Part shown: positions 27,125 to 36,702 of the stretch, piece by piece | Numbering within the stretch: the first letter of the stretch is position 1 | How the letters are laid out: each line of letters starts with the position of its first letter | Assembly (NCBI GenBank): GCA_043817685.1 | Contig: JBDRGQ010000006.1 | Coordinates: 1,879-65,878, forward strand | Direction of reading: 5' to 3' | DNA: 64,000 nt | Source: a bacterium | GTDB lineage: Bacteria > Patescibacteriota > Minisyncoccia > Minisyncoccales > RBG-13-42-11 | Program-made: the position numbers and the translations under genes | The notes under the pieces: generated by a model | The model's input: the letters and a program-made list of their open reading frames with translations, nothing else | What the model was told of the DNA's origin: nothing | Database searches by the model: none

Positions 27125-28222
27125 TTTAGCTTTCAACCTCTGCCTAGCTAAAACCTTCTCTTTGTTGGTAGCTTTGCTCATCTCAATTCCTTTTTCTAGA
27201 ATATCTATAGTTTTATCCAACTCTTCTTGTTTCGGGAAGAAAGGAGTTCCATCTTTTCCTCCATGGGCGAATGAATATCTAGCCGGATCATTATAAGAAG
27301 GTTTAGCTCCATAGATTAATTCTGAAACCAGAGACAATGCTCTTATTGTTCTGGGGCCTATCCTTTTTAAAGACACTAGCTGTTCAAAGTTTTGGGGATT
27401 TTGGTCTTTGGCAAATAAAATTGTTTTTTCTAATCTTTTTAAATTAAATTTCTCATTCACTACAGGATGCCAATAAAACTCTCTATTATGCAACTTCATT
27501 TCAGTAAGATTTTTTGATTTCTTCGTTTGAATTAAACCAATATCTCTTATGAACTTGTTTGGTTCTTCCTTAACCAATTTTGTAGATATATCTCTATTTT
27601 CTCCACTAACTTTATCTGTTAAGTTCAAGGGTTTAACTTTTAACCCAGAAATAATACCAGCATGTGGTTCTTCTACAAAATTCTTTACTCCAGAAGATAG
27701 CCAGTGATAACGACGGGCAGTCTGGTTATTGGTATTCATCCCTTGTTGGATAACTGCCCATTCTCCTGATTTTGTAAATAGAAAATTGTGCTGGTATATT
27801 TGGTAATTATCTTGGATCAGGGAAGAGTCTGTTTTGGCAGCCATTTTGGAGGCATAGATAAGTTGTGGAGCAAAAGAAAAACCCCGGGAAATGCCATAAG
27901 CTTCTATTTCTTTTGGAGTATTTCTAGAAACTCTTTTCCCGCCACAAACATACACGCCCAAATGATCTTGAATTTCAAAAATACCTTCTTTCAAAGCTCC
28001 GAGGGTAACCACGGTTAAACCAGAACTATTCCAATCAAATCCTAAAACACATCCCAAACTTTGGAACCAAATAGGATCAGAAAGCCTTTTTAAGAACTCT
28101 TCTGGCCCATATTCTTCTACAATAGCCATAGCAATGCCTCTGCCCAATCTCTTCATCCTTTCAAATAGCCAGCTAGGACAACGGCCATAATCTAATGGTA
28201 CTGTTGCTACACCTGTTTTCAT
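27116..28222 (-). CDS. DUF763 domain-containing protein
   Basis: N-terminus MKTGVATVPLDYGRCPSWLFERMKRLG...LSDPIWFQSLGCVLGFDWNSSGLT matches my recollection of the DUF763 family pattern. It overlaps the 3' end of elp3 convergently by 9 nt. Confidence 0.6.
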   Translation of the reverse strand: MKTGVATVPLDYGRCPSWLFERMKRLGRGIAMAIVEEYGPEEFLKRLSDPIWFQSLGCVLGFDWNSSGLTVVTLGALKEGIFEIQDHLGVYVCGGKRVSRNTPKEIEAYGISRGFSFAPQLIYASKMAAKTDSSLIQDNYQIYQHNFLFTKSGEWAVIQQGMNTNNQTARRYHWLSSGVKNFVEEPHAGIISGLKVKPLNLTDKVSGENRDISTKLVKEEPNKFIRDIGLIQTKKSKNLTEMKLHNREFYWHPVVNEKFNLKRLEKTILFAKDQNPQNFEQLVSLKRIGPRTIRALSLVSELIYGAKPSYNDPARYSFAHGGKDGTPFFPKQEELDKTIDILEKGIEMSKATNKEKVLARQRLKAKLG

Positions 28223-28237
28223 ACTTTAATTTTAACA

Positions 28238-28266
28238 AAAACAGCCGCCTTGAGCGACTGTTTGAA
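28238..28266 (-). terminator. intrinsic terminator after pepA
   Basis: The minus strand reads AAACAGUCGC-UCAAG-GCGGCUGUUUUUGUU. Confidence 0.55.
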
Positions 28267-28280
28267 ATTATTGAATAAAT

Positions 28281-29765
28281 CTATTTAATTTTCCTAAATA
28301 ACTCTGCCAATCTTATAAGATATCTGACTCCAGTTCCGGTAGCTCCTTTGGACAATCCTTGACCTTCTATTGATGTCATTGTTGGAGCAATATCTAAATG
28401 GACCCAAGGAATATTATCAACAAAATTCTTAAGAAACATTGCTGCTGTTATTGCCCCTCCGTATTTAGTCTTGCTAGAGTTTGATATGTCACCAACTGTT
28501 CCCTTAATATCTTCTTCGTACTCTTCCCAACAAGGTAATGGCCAGGCGTAATCTCCAGATTCTTCTCCAATTTGACGAAATGTATTTTCCATTTTTTCTG
28601 AATTAGTTACTAAACAAATAGCTCTTTGTCCTAAAGCGGCCATAGCGGACCCCGTAAGAGTAGCTATGTCTACCATCATTTTTGGTTTAAAATTCTTTTC
28701 GGCATAAGCTAAAGCGTCAGCCATAATAACTCTCCCTTCCGCATCTGTATGAGAAATTTCTATTGTCTTTCCATTATAAGATTTAATAATATCGCCCGGT
28801 CTGAGAGCGCGGTCAGAAGGCATATTCTCTACCGCCGGAATTAAAGAAATAATATTCAGTGGTAATTTAAGTTTACCGATAGCCATTATTGCCCCCAGAA
28901 CAGCAGCCCCTCCAGACATGTCTAAATACATTTCCTGCATTAAGGCATCAGGAGGCTTAATATTTAGCCCTCCTGTATCAAAAGTTACTCCTTTGCCGAT
29001 AAAGGCTAAGTCTATTTTTTTATTATTTTTATTCCCAAAATATTTTAGAATAATAAGTCTTGGTTTTTGAAAGCTTCCTTGGGAAATTCCTAAAATGCCT
29101 TCCATTTTTAATTTTTTCATTTTATTTTCGTCAAAAACTTCTGTCTTTATGCCCTTAATCTTTCTAACCATGCTAACAGATATCTCTGCTAGTTTTTTAG
29201 GTGTCATTTCCCCTCCAGGAATATTAGATATATCCCTAACAAAGTTTATTATTCTTCCAGTCATTTCTCCTTTTAAAAATTCTTTTTGATATTTTCTTTT
29301 ATCTACCCAAACTATTTCAATTAATTTTATCTTTGGCCACCCATTTTTAGGGGTTGATTTATACTTATTAAATTCATAATCTGCCATTAAACTATTTTCT
29401 ACCACTTGTCTGGAAATTAAAGATATGTCTGATTTTTGAGGAATAATTTTATCTAATAATAAAACTGCTTTTTCAATTTTGTTTTCTTTTAAATATCTGA
29501 CAATTTTTCTTATTGTTAAAAAGAATTTTCTTTGATTCCATTTTTTCTTGTCTCCAAGATTTAAAAATATAAATTCTCCTTTTTCAAAATTAAAAAATCT
29601 GAACTCTCCTTCTTGGATAGACTTAATATATTGAGAAAATTTCTTTATTTCCGTGGCTATTTGGTTATTTCCAACCTCAATTTCCCCTGTAGAAAAAAAG
29701 GGGATTACTAAAGAATTATTCTTTTTAATCTTTAGTTTTTGTATTTCCGCTAACTTTATTATCAT
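28281..29765 (-). CDS. pepA: leucyl aminopeptidase (M17 family)
   Basis: GKGVTFDTGGLNIKP, and HTDAEGRVIMADAL as a variant of the NTDAEGRL motif. Length is 494 aa. Confidence 0.9.
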   Translation of the reverse strand: MIIKLAEIQKLKIKKNNSLVIPFFSTGEIEVGNNQIATEIKKFSQYIKSIQEGEFRFFNFEKGEFIFLNLGDKKKWNQRKFFLTIRKIVRYLKENKIEKAVLLLDKIIPQKSDISLISRQVVENSLMADYEFNKYKSTPKNGWPKIKLIEIVWVDKRKYQKEFLKGEMTGRIINFVRDISNIPGGEMTPKKLAEISVSMVRKIKGIKTEVFDENKMKKLKMEGILGISQGSFQKPRLIILKYFGNKNNKKIDLAFIGKGVTFDTGGLNIKPPDALMQEMYLDMSGGAAVLGAIMAIGKLKLPLNIISLIPAVENMPSDRALRPGDIIKSYNGKTIEISHTDAEGRVIMADALAYAEKNFKPKMMVDIATLTGSAMAALGQRAICLVTNSEKMENTFRQIGEESGDYAWPLPCWEEYEEDIKGTVGDISNSSKTKYGGAITAAMFLKNFVDNIPWVHLDIAPTMTSIEGQGLSKGATGTGVRYLIRLAELFRKIK

Positions 29766-29898
29766 CTTGATTTAAAACCTTAATATACAGTTTATTTATT
29801 TTATCTTTTTGTTCTTTAATATTAAAGACATCTCGGCGAATGCGAGCTTTTTCCGTGCGTATATGTTTTCTGATTGAATTAGGCATTTTGGTCTTCAT
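29725..29898 (-). CDS. hypothetical small basic protein (weakly supported)
   Basis: MKTKMPNSIRKHIRTEKARIRRD... lies downstream of a TGGACA-17-TATAAT promoter (29957-29929). It overlaps the pepA start by 41 nt, so it may instead be pepA leader sequence. Confidence 0.25.
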   Translation of the reverse strand: MKTKMPNSIRKHIRTEKARIRRDVFNIKEQKDKINKLYIKVLNQDDNKVSGNTKTKD

Positions 29899-29928
29899 CT
29901 CTATGTTTATTCTTAACAATATCTTATA

Positions 29929-29957
29929 ATTATAGCGGAAAAAATAGGTTTTGTCCA
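29929..29957 (-). promoter_or_regulatory. sigma70-type promoter upstream of pepA / the small ORF
   Basis: On the minus strand: TGGACA (29957-29952), a 17-nt spacer, then TATAAT (29934-29929). Confidence 0.5.
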
Positions 29958-29997
29958 GAGGTTTTTATAATTTATCGAAATAAAAAAGAGTCGCTTT

Positions 29998-30342
29998 TTA
30001 CGTGCGACTCATCGACGAGCGTCTCGCCCTTTTTCTTTCTCTTCTGAGAAGCCACCAATGCTTATTACGTTTTGATTCTCTCTGTGCCTCCGATTCCTTT
30101 TCTTTTTCCTTTTTTTCAAACTCTTCAAACCAATTAAGTGGTTTTTCCGTTTTCTCCTCTTTGATGGCAAAAACGACTGGAAAAATAATCTCCTCCGGCG
30201 GTTTCCAGCATGGAGCACCGCAGTCCAAACAGATACCATCTGGTTGGGGTTTCTTTAGATCTAGAAAGATTCTGATACAAGATTTTGTTTTCTCAATAGA
30301 GTTTGAACCGCATCTCAGACACTTTAACTCATCTTTTGCCAT
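29998..30342 (-). CDS. hypothetical zinc-ribbon protein with Glu/Lys-rich and Arg-rich tail
   Basis: MAKDELKCLRCGS...CLDCGAPC contains CxxC...CxxC. The SD AGGGAG lies 7 nt upstream of ATG 30342. A minus-strand terminator GAGUCGC...GCGACUC+U6 sits at about 29985-30012. The mirror ORF 30002-30406(+) is rejected. Confidence 0.5.
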   Translation of the reverse strand: MAKDELKCLRCGSNSIEKTKSCIRIFLDLKKPQPDGICLDCGAPCWKPPEEIIFPVVFAIKEEKTEKPLNWFEEFEKKEKEKESEAQRESKRNKHWWLLRRERKRARRSSMSRT

Positions 30343-30406
30343 AGTAGACTCCCTTTTTTTATTATCAGTTATAAAAGAAACTAATTCCCCTTTTCGCAAT
30401 TTATAA

Positions 30407-31609
30407 TTACAGATTATTTAACTTAGCATATTCTTCTCTAGCCACTTGTCTATCATCCCAAGGAATTTTCTTTCCTTTGGCCTCCATAATCCATGGCTCA
30501 CACCCTTTGCCAGTAATAATAACTATATCCCCTTGTTTGGCTATTTGCAAGGCTTCTTTTATAGCCTTTCTCCTGTCTAGTATTTTTTTTGCTTTTCTTT
30601 CCATTCCCTTAGCCACCTGATTTATTATTTCCATTGGATCTTCATCATAGGGATCTTCATTAGTAATTATTATCTCTTGGCAATGTTTAGAAGCTATTTC
30701 GCCAAGTATGGGTCTTCTCCACTTATCCCTTCCACCTCCGCAAGAACCAAAGACAGCAATTATCTTAGAAGGGGAGAAAGTTTCTTTGATGGTTTTATAA
30801 AGCTGTTCTAGGGCATCTGGTGTTACGGCATAATCAACAATAACCTTGAAAGGAGAGGAAATAACTTCTTCCATCCTTCCAGGGATTCCTTTAGATTTTT
30901 CTAAAGCTTTCTGGCAAACTTCTAAGCTTATCCCTTGGGACAATCCCACACATATTGCAGATAGGGCATTATAAATATTGAACCTTCCGATTAAGGGAAG
31001 TTTAAAATTAGTATTTTTAGTATTGATATCTCCTTTTTCCCATCCATATGTATATTTTTTATTCGCATTAAAACTTAAGAAATAATCTGAATTCTTGTCG
31101 TCAATATTAACAATATGGACTTTCTTTGTAGAAGAAAATAGTTTCCCTTTGGCTTTTTTATAGTTTTCGAACCCACCGTGAGATTCAATGTGTTCTGGGC
31201 TTAAATTGGTGATAACGGCTACTTCAAAATTAATAAATTTGTGGCGATATTGTTTTATTCCTTCAGAAGAAATCTCCAAAACTGCATATTTACACCCTGT
31301 TTTTATTCCGTCTTTTAAGAATTTTTGGATTTTAAATCTGCCTGGCATTGTCATTTTTAAAGTATTTTCTTTTTCCTTATCTCCTATTTTAAATCTGACT
31401 GAAGACAAAGAAGCTACTTTAAACCCTGCTTCTTCCAAAATATTAGCAGTTAAATTAACAACGGTGGTTTTTCCGTTGGTCCCAGTTACTCCGATAACTT
31501 TAAGTTGTCTGGAAGGAAAGCGATAGAAAAACGCTCCCAAAAAAGCCAAACCGAAATGATACCAGCTTAACAGAAACAGAGGAATAATTTTCTTAATTAA
31601 TTCTTTCAT
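30407..31609 (-). CDS. Mur ligase family protein, MurE-like, with N-terminal hydrophobic helix
   Basis: VIGVTGTNGKTT P-loop, a central Mur ligase domain, and a C-terminal ITNEDPYDEDP (DNPR-like region). Substrate specificity cannot be determined. Confidence 0.65.
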   Translation of the reverse strand: MKELIKKIIPLFLLSWYHFGLAFLGAFFYRFPSRQLKVIGVTGTNGKTTVVNLTANILEEAGFKVASLSSVRFKIGDKEKENTLKMTMPGRFKIQKFLKDGIKTGCKYAVLEISSEGIKQYRHKFINFEVAVITNLSPEHIESHGGFENYKKAKGKLFSSTKKVHIVNIDDKNSDYFLSFNANKKYTYGWEKGDINTKNTNFKLPLIGRFNIYNALSAICVGLSQGISLEVCQKALEKSKGIPGRMEEVISSPFKVIVDYAVTPDALEQLYKTIKETFSPSKIIAVFGSCGGGRDKWRRPILGEIASKHCQEIIITNEDPYDEDPMEIINQVAKGMERKAKKILDRRKAIKEALQIAKQGDIVIITGKGCEPWIMEAKGKKIPWDDRQVAREEYAKLNNL

Positions 31610-31712
31610 CCTTTTTTAATATTATATTATTTTAAAAGAAAAAAAAAGTGCGGTGATAATCATTAATATAAACACCTTGAAAAAAGACGTAGTTTAAGCC
31701 AAAATTAACTGT

Positions 31713-33641
31713 ATGTTTAAATTAAAATCTTCCTACAAAGCTACAGGAGATCAACCTAAAGCCATAAAAAAATTAAGCAAAAATATTAAGTCTGGAGCTA
31801 AAAATCAGGTGCTTTTGGGAGTTACTGGATCTGGAAAAACCTTTACCATGGCAAAAGTTATAGAAAAAACCCAGAAACCAGTATTAATAATATCTCACAA
31901 TAAAACTCTGGCCGCCCAGCTCTATCAAGAGTTTAAAGAATTCTTCCCTAAAAATGGAGTCCATTATTTTGTTTCCTATTATGATTATTACCAACCAGAA
32001 GCCTATGTCCCCCAAACAGATACTTATATTGAAAAAGATGCAAAAATAAACGAAGAAATAGACAAATTAAGACATGCCACTACCCAAGATTTATTAAGCA
32101 GGAAAGACGTTATTGTTGTTGCTTCTGTTTCTTGTATTTACAACATTGGCTCCCCGAATAACTATCAAAAGGTTTCTTTTGAAATATCTCCAAATAAGAA
32201 AATAAAAAGGAATGAATTCTTAAAAAGGTTAACCTCTCTCCAATACCAAAGAAACGACATAGATTTCAAACCAGGAACATACAGAGTAAGGGGAAATAAT
32301 ATTGATATCTTTTTAGTCACAGGAAAAGAAATAGTGAAAGTTGAATTTTCCGGAGACAAAATAACATCTATTTCTATTTCCAAAGACAGCTTAAACCCAA
32401 AATACAATCTCTGGAACCAAAAATACCATATTTATCCTGCCCATTTTTGGGTAGCCCCGGAAGAAAAATTAGATATTTCTATTGAAAATATAAAAACAGA
32501 ACTCCAGGCCCAATTAAAAAAGCTTAAAAAAGACAACAAATTAGTAGAAGCTCAAAGATTAGAAAGAAAAACTAATTATGATTTAGAAATGATAAAAGAA
32601 ACAGGATATTGCCATGGAATAGAAAACTATTCTAGACACATAGAATTCAGAAAGCCAGGTCAAGCTCCCTATACTTTGTTGGAATATTTTTCAAAGAACT
32701 TTCTTGTTTTTATAGACGAATCCCACATAACTCTTTCTCAAATAAGAGCTATGTCTAATCAAGATAAAGCCAGAAAAAAAAGTTTAATAGAATACGGATT
32801 CAGACTTCCTTCTGCCATAGACAACAGACCTTTAACCTTTGAAGAGTTTGAAGAAAGAACACCGCAAACAATATATGTTTCTGCTACCCCCAATGAATAT
32901 GAAAAAGAAAAATCAGGTAAAAACAATATTGCAGAACAGATAATAAGACCTACTGGATTAATAGAACCGTCCATTGAGATAAGGTCAACAAAAAACCAAG
33001 TGGAAGATTTAATAAAAGAGATTAAAGAAAGAGTAAAGAAAAAACAAAAGATACTAGCCCTAACTCTAACTAAAAGATTGGCCGAAGCTTTATCAGATTA
33101 TCTCACAGAAAACGGAATAAAAACTAAATGGCTGCACTCAGAAGTAAAAACCATGGAGAGACCAATTATTCTCCAGGACTTAAGAGAAGGAAAATACGAT
33201 GTTTTAGTCGGAATAAATCTTTTAAGAGAAGGGTTGGACTTGCCAGAAGTAGCTCTTGTGGCTATTCTAGACGCTGACAAAGAAGGTTTTTTAAGGTCTG
33301 AAACCACTTTAATACAAACAATGGGGCGAGCTTCTAGACACATAGAAGGACACGTAATTCTCTATGCGGACAAGATAACCAACTCCATGAAATCAGCCTT
33401 AAAAGAAATCAAAAGAAGAAGAACTTCCCAGGAAAAATATAATAAAGAACATAAAATAACCCCAAAAGCTATAATGAAGGCCATAAGGAAATGGCCGTTT
33501 GCTAAAAAAGAAGAAGTGTCTTCTGAATTTTCTGAAATACACGATAAAAAATTTTTAGAAAAAGAGATGAAGAAAGCTGCTGCAGATTTAAATTTTGAAA
33601 GGGCAGTGGAAATCAGGGACTTGATAAAAAGACTAAAATAA
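31713..33641 (+). CDS. uvrB: excinuclease ABC subunit B
   Basis: GDQPKAIKKL, GVTGSGKTFTMA, YYDYYQPEAY, a helicase C-domain, and a C-terminal UVR motif (NFERAVEIRDLIKRL). Confidence 0.97.
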   Translation: MFKLKSSYKATGDQPKAIKKLSKNIKSGAKNQVLLGVTGSGKTFTMAKVIEKTQKPVLIISHNKTLAAQLYQEFKEFFPKNGVHYFVSYYDYYQPEAYVPQTDTYIEKDAKINEEIDKLRHATTQDLLSRKDVIVVASVSCIYNIGSPNNYQKVSFEISPNKKIKRNEFLKRLTSLQYQRNDIDFKPGTYRVRGNNIDIFLVTGKEIVKVEFSGDKITSISISKDSLNPKYNLWNQKYHIYPAHFWVAPEEKLDISIENIKTELQAQLKKLKKDNKLVEAQRLERKTNYDLEMIKETGYCHGIENYSRHIEFRKPGQAPYTLLEYFSKNFLVFIDESHITLSQIRAMSNQDKARKKSLIEYGFRLPSAIDNRPLTFEEFEERTPQTIYVSATPNEYEKEKSGKNNIAEQIIRPTGLIEPSIEIRSTKNQVEDLIKEIKERVKKKQKILALTLTKRLAEALSDYLTENGIKTKWLHSEVKTMERPIILQDLREGKYDVLVGINLLREGLDLPEVALVAILDADKEGFLRSETTLIQTMGRASRHIEGHVILYADKITNSMKSALKEIKRRRTSQEKYNKEHKITPKAIMKAIRKWPFAKKEEVSSEFSEIHDKKFLEKEMKKAAADLNFERAVEIRDLIKRLK

Positions 33642-33656
33642 GCTATATATTAAGAT

Positions 33657-33929
33657 ATGCCGATAACAAGCTCAGCAAAAAAAGCTCTCAGGCAGAGCTT
33701 AAAAAGAAGAAAAAGAAATATCAAAAGAAAGGACAGTTTAAAAGATATCTTAAAAGAGATCAATGATTTGATCTCCGAGAAGAAGATAGACGAAGCTAAA
33801 AAAATACTTCCTAATATTTATAAGATTCTAGATAAAACAGCTAAAGTGGGAATTATTAAAAAGGGAAAAGTAGACAGAAAGAAATCTAGGATATCAAAAG
33901 CTATAGAAAGGGCTAAATCTCAGCGATAA
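33657..33929 (+). CDS. rpsT: 30S ribosomal protein S20
   Basis: MPITSSAKKALRQSLKRRKRN... is small, basic and helical. Confidence 0.9.
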   Translation: MPITSSAKKALRQSLKRRKRNIKRKDSLKDILKEINDLISEKKIDEAKKILPNIYKILDKTAKVGIIKKGKVDRKKSRISKAIERAKSQR

Positions 33930-34848
33930 GAATATCTAAAGCTGTTTCTGGCTTTAATTTACCTGTTTTAATAGACAAATCTACCTGGAATATTTTTTGG
34001 TAGATTTTTTTTAATTCTTGATAGGTAAATTTTTGGGCCGATTGATAACTCTTTTTGACAACGAATGGGTGAATCTTGGTTAATTTGGGAATAGAGTAAT
34101 AGGGCTTTCCCTTTTCTATTAAATCTTTCACCAGCAAAAGATTTCTAAACTGAAAATTAATCATAGACAAAAGATAAAGAGGGGAATCCCCTTTATCCAG
34201 ATGCTTATGGAGCAATATCAAAGCTGCTTTCCTATTTTTAGAGGCTATAGCATCTATAGTTTTAAAAATATCTGTTTCTATTTTTGGTTTTATCAATAGT
34301 TCGATATCTTTTACTTCTATTATTTTCTCTCTTTTAAAAGCAGCTAATTTTTTAATTTCATTGCTTAAGCTCCACAAATTCTCTTCGCAGTATTCCAAAA
34401 GCTTATCTAAAGCGTCTGGAGAAATAACTGCTTTAAACTTATTAAGTTCATCCTTAATCCATCTTTTCATTTTTTCTACAGACAAAATAGGAAATTCCTG
34501 GCATTTTGCATGTTTCTTCAAAAGTTTTAAAAGAGAGTCGTTCGCAGTCACTTTATCTTCTTCTAAAAATACGACTATATTTGAACTATCAATAAGTTTT
34601 TTATAATTCTTTGAAAACTTCTCTTTAAACTCTTTATTAGAAATAACATTTGTCACGACAATAAGTTTTTTCTCATTAAAAATAGAATTCTGCTGATCTT
34701 CGTTAGCTAAATCATTAAAATCTAAGTTATTACCATCCAGATATTTAAAATCTAAACCACTTTTGTGGCTTTTTTTATAACGTTCTATCATTTCTTTCAC
34801 TTTTTCCCTAGAGCTATAGTTATCTGGCCCGTAAAGTAAAAAAATCAT
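33913..34848 (-). CDS. holA: DNA polymerase III subunit delta
   Basis: MIFLLYGPDNYSSREK N-terminus. The 311-aa length and layout are typical of HolA. Confidence 0.75.
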   Translation of the reverse strand: MIFLLYGPDNYSSREKVKEMIERYKKSHKSGLDFKYLDGNNLDFNDLANEDQQNSIFNEKKLIVVTNVISNKEFKEKFSKNYKKLIDSSNIVVFLEEDKVTANDSLLKLLKKHAKCQEFPILSVEKMKRWIKDELNKFKAVISPDALDKLLEYCEENLWSLSNEIKKLAAFKREKIIEVKDIELLIKPKIETDIFKTIDAIASKNRKAALILLHKHLDKGDSPLYLLSMINFQFRNLLLVKDLIEKGKPYYSIPKLTKIHPFVVKKSYQSAQKFTYQELKKIYQKIFQVDLSIKTGKLKPETALDILIAEI

Positions 34849-34851
34849 AGC

Positions 34852-35736
34852 TTATTTTTGGCATTTAGGACAAAAATGGGCGGATCTTCCTCCTATCTTT
34901 ATTTTTTGTATTTTTTCTCCGCAAACGGGACACTCTTCTCCTTCTTTACGATAAACCTTTCTTGCTTTGTCGTAAAATCCTTTTTCTCCAGTAATTCTTC
35001 TAAAATCTGAAAAAGATTCTCCCCGAAGCTTTACTGCCAGAGAAAGAATTTTCTTAATTCCTAAATAAATATTTTTCTTTTCTTTTTCTGACAAATCTGG
35101 AATATTCTTTGTGGGTTTAATTTTTGCGGTAAAGAGTATTTCGTCTGAATATATATTACCTATACCAGCTATTACAGTTTGATCCAAAAGAACTTGTTTT
35201 ATCTTTCCTTTTTTTCTTTCTAAGGCTTTTTTAAAGCTATTATAATTAAAGCTCTTTTCTAATGGTTCTGGTCCTAAGGATTTAAAATAAGCTGACTCTT
35301 TTAATTCTTTTTCATCCCAAAACTCTGCTTTAGCAAATTTTCTAAGATCAGACAAAGCTAACATTTTTCCATTATCCAACCAAAAAACTAAATGCAAGAA
35401 TCTATTCATTGGATCTTCTGAAAAGGGTCCTTTTGCAACAGCTATCCATTTATTATTTCCTCTTTTCCATTTACTAAAAAGAAAGTGCCCAGTCATTTTT
35501 TGATGAACCAATAATACTTTTCCATCAGACAAATAAAAAAGAATATTTTTAGCTCTCCTTATTATGTTCTTTATTTTCTTTCCTTTTATTTCTTGCTTAA
35601 AAACATTAAAATCCTTTGGTTTTTTTACCATATTCTTATTGTCGGTCCATACATCAAGAAAACGAGCACCTATAATGCGTGCTCGTTTGTCTCTTAACTC
35701 TCTAACTATTGTTTCTACTTCTGGTAGTTCTGGCAT
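34852..35736 (-). CDS. mutM: formamidopyrimidine-DNA glycosylase
   Basis: MPELPEVETI N-terminus, an H2TH region, and a C-terminal zinc finger CPVCGEKIQKIKIGGRSAHFCPKCQ. Confidence 0.93.
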   Translation of the reverse strand: MPELPEVETIVRELRDKRARIIGARFLDVWTDNKNMVKKPKDFNVFKQEIKGKKIKNIIRRAKNILFYLSDGKVLLVHQKMTGHFLFSKWKRGNNKWIAVAKGPFSEDPMNRFLHLVFWLDNGKMLALSDLRKFAKAEFWDEKELKESAYFKSLGPEPLEKSFNYNSFKKALERKKGKIKQVLLDQTVIAGIGNIYSDEILFTAKIKPTKNIPDLSEKEKKNIYLGIKKILSLAVKLRGESFSDFRRITGEKGFYDKARKVYRKEGEECPVCGEKIQKIKIGGRSAHFCPKCQK

Positions 35737-35766
35737 TCTTTAATAATTTATTTACCTTCTTAAATT

Positions 35767-36702
35767 TTACCATAATTTTAAGTTCTCCCCAATCAACCCA
35801 TTTTTCTCTTCTATCATATCAACAAATCTTTTTTTTAGAGTAAAGAATTCATATTTATCCAACATTTCCATAACCTTATTCTTATCATAAACTCCCCATT
35901 TGCACTCGTTAATATCAATATTTATTGGAGTTTTTACATTTATTTCGGCCAACTCTTTGGACAAAAATGCCATTTCTTTATTGTCTATCAATAATTGTTT
36001 TGTTCTGTCTGGAATTTTTTTTGTTTTATCAAGATTTTTATAAATATTTTCTAAAGTTCCAAAATCCAACAATAAATTAATGGCCATCTTCTCTCCTATC
36101 CCAGTGACTCCTGGGATATTATCAGATGGGTCTCCCCTTAAGCCCTTATAATCTATCAATTGTGCTGGCTTTAGCCCTCCAAATCTTTCTTTTACCAGTT
36201 TTTCATTATAAAGAACTATATCTTTTACTCCTTTTTTCAAAGCAAAAACTTTTGTTTTTTCGTTAACCAATTGTAAAGCATCCAAATCCCCACTAAGAAT
36301 TATTGTTTCTATTTTAGAATCTTTTTTAGGAATAATTCTGGAAACAGTTCCGATAATATCGTCTGCCTCAAACCCCTCTTTTTCTACTATCGGAACTTTA
36401 AACAGTTCTAAGAATTCTTTTACTTTTGGTATTTGAGAATAAAGCTCTTCTGGGGCCGGCAGTCTTTTCCCCTTATATTCTTTATACTTTTTATGTCTAA
36501 AGGTTGGCTTGGGCAAATCAAAGGTGGCAACAATATAGTTTGGCTTAAAATCTTTAATAGCTTTTATAAAAACCAATAAAAATCCGTAGACAGCGTTCAC
36601 TATCTCTCCATTTTTCTTTTTTAAAGGAGGTAGGGCATGAAAAGCTCTATGGATAATAGAATTTGAATCTATAATGACTAAATGTTTCTTTTTATCAGAC
36701 AT
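35767..36702 (-). CDS. 5'-3' exonuclease (stand-alone Pol I N-terminal / FEN-like domain)
   Basis: LVIIDSNSIIHRAFHALP, GFEADDIIGT and GDPSDNIPGVTGIGEK are the 5'-nuclease and H3TH motifs. Confidence 0.88.
   Translation of the reverse strand: MSDKKKHLVIIDSNSIIHRAFHALPPLKKKNGEIVNAVYGFLLVFIKAIKDFKPNYIVATFDLPKPTFRHKKYKEYKGKRLPAPEELYSQIPKVKEFLELFKVPIVEKEGFEADDIIGTVSRIIPKKDSKIETIILSGDLDALQLVNEKTKVFALKKGVKDIVLYNEKLVKERFGGLKPAQLIDYKGLRGDPSDNIPGVTGIGEKMAINLLLDFGTLENIYKNLDKTKKIPDRTKQLLIDNKEMAFLSKELAEINVKTPINIDINECKWGVYDKNKVMEMLDKYEFFTLKKRFVDMIEEKNGLIGENLKLW

Noticed and set aside
30002-30406. 134-aa plus-strand ORF mirroring the zinc-ribbon gene.
   Set aside because: It has the Ser/Phe/Leu-rich shadow-ORF composition. 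The minus-strand partner has CxxC motifs, an SD, a matching terminator and operon orientation.
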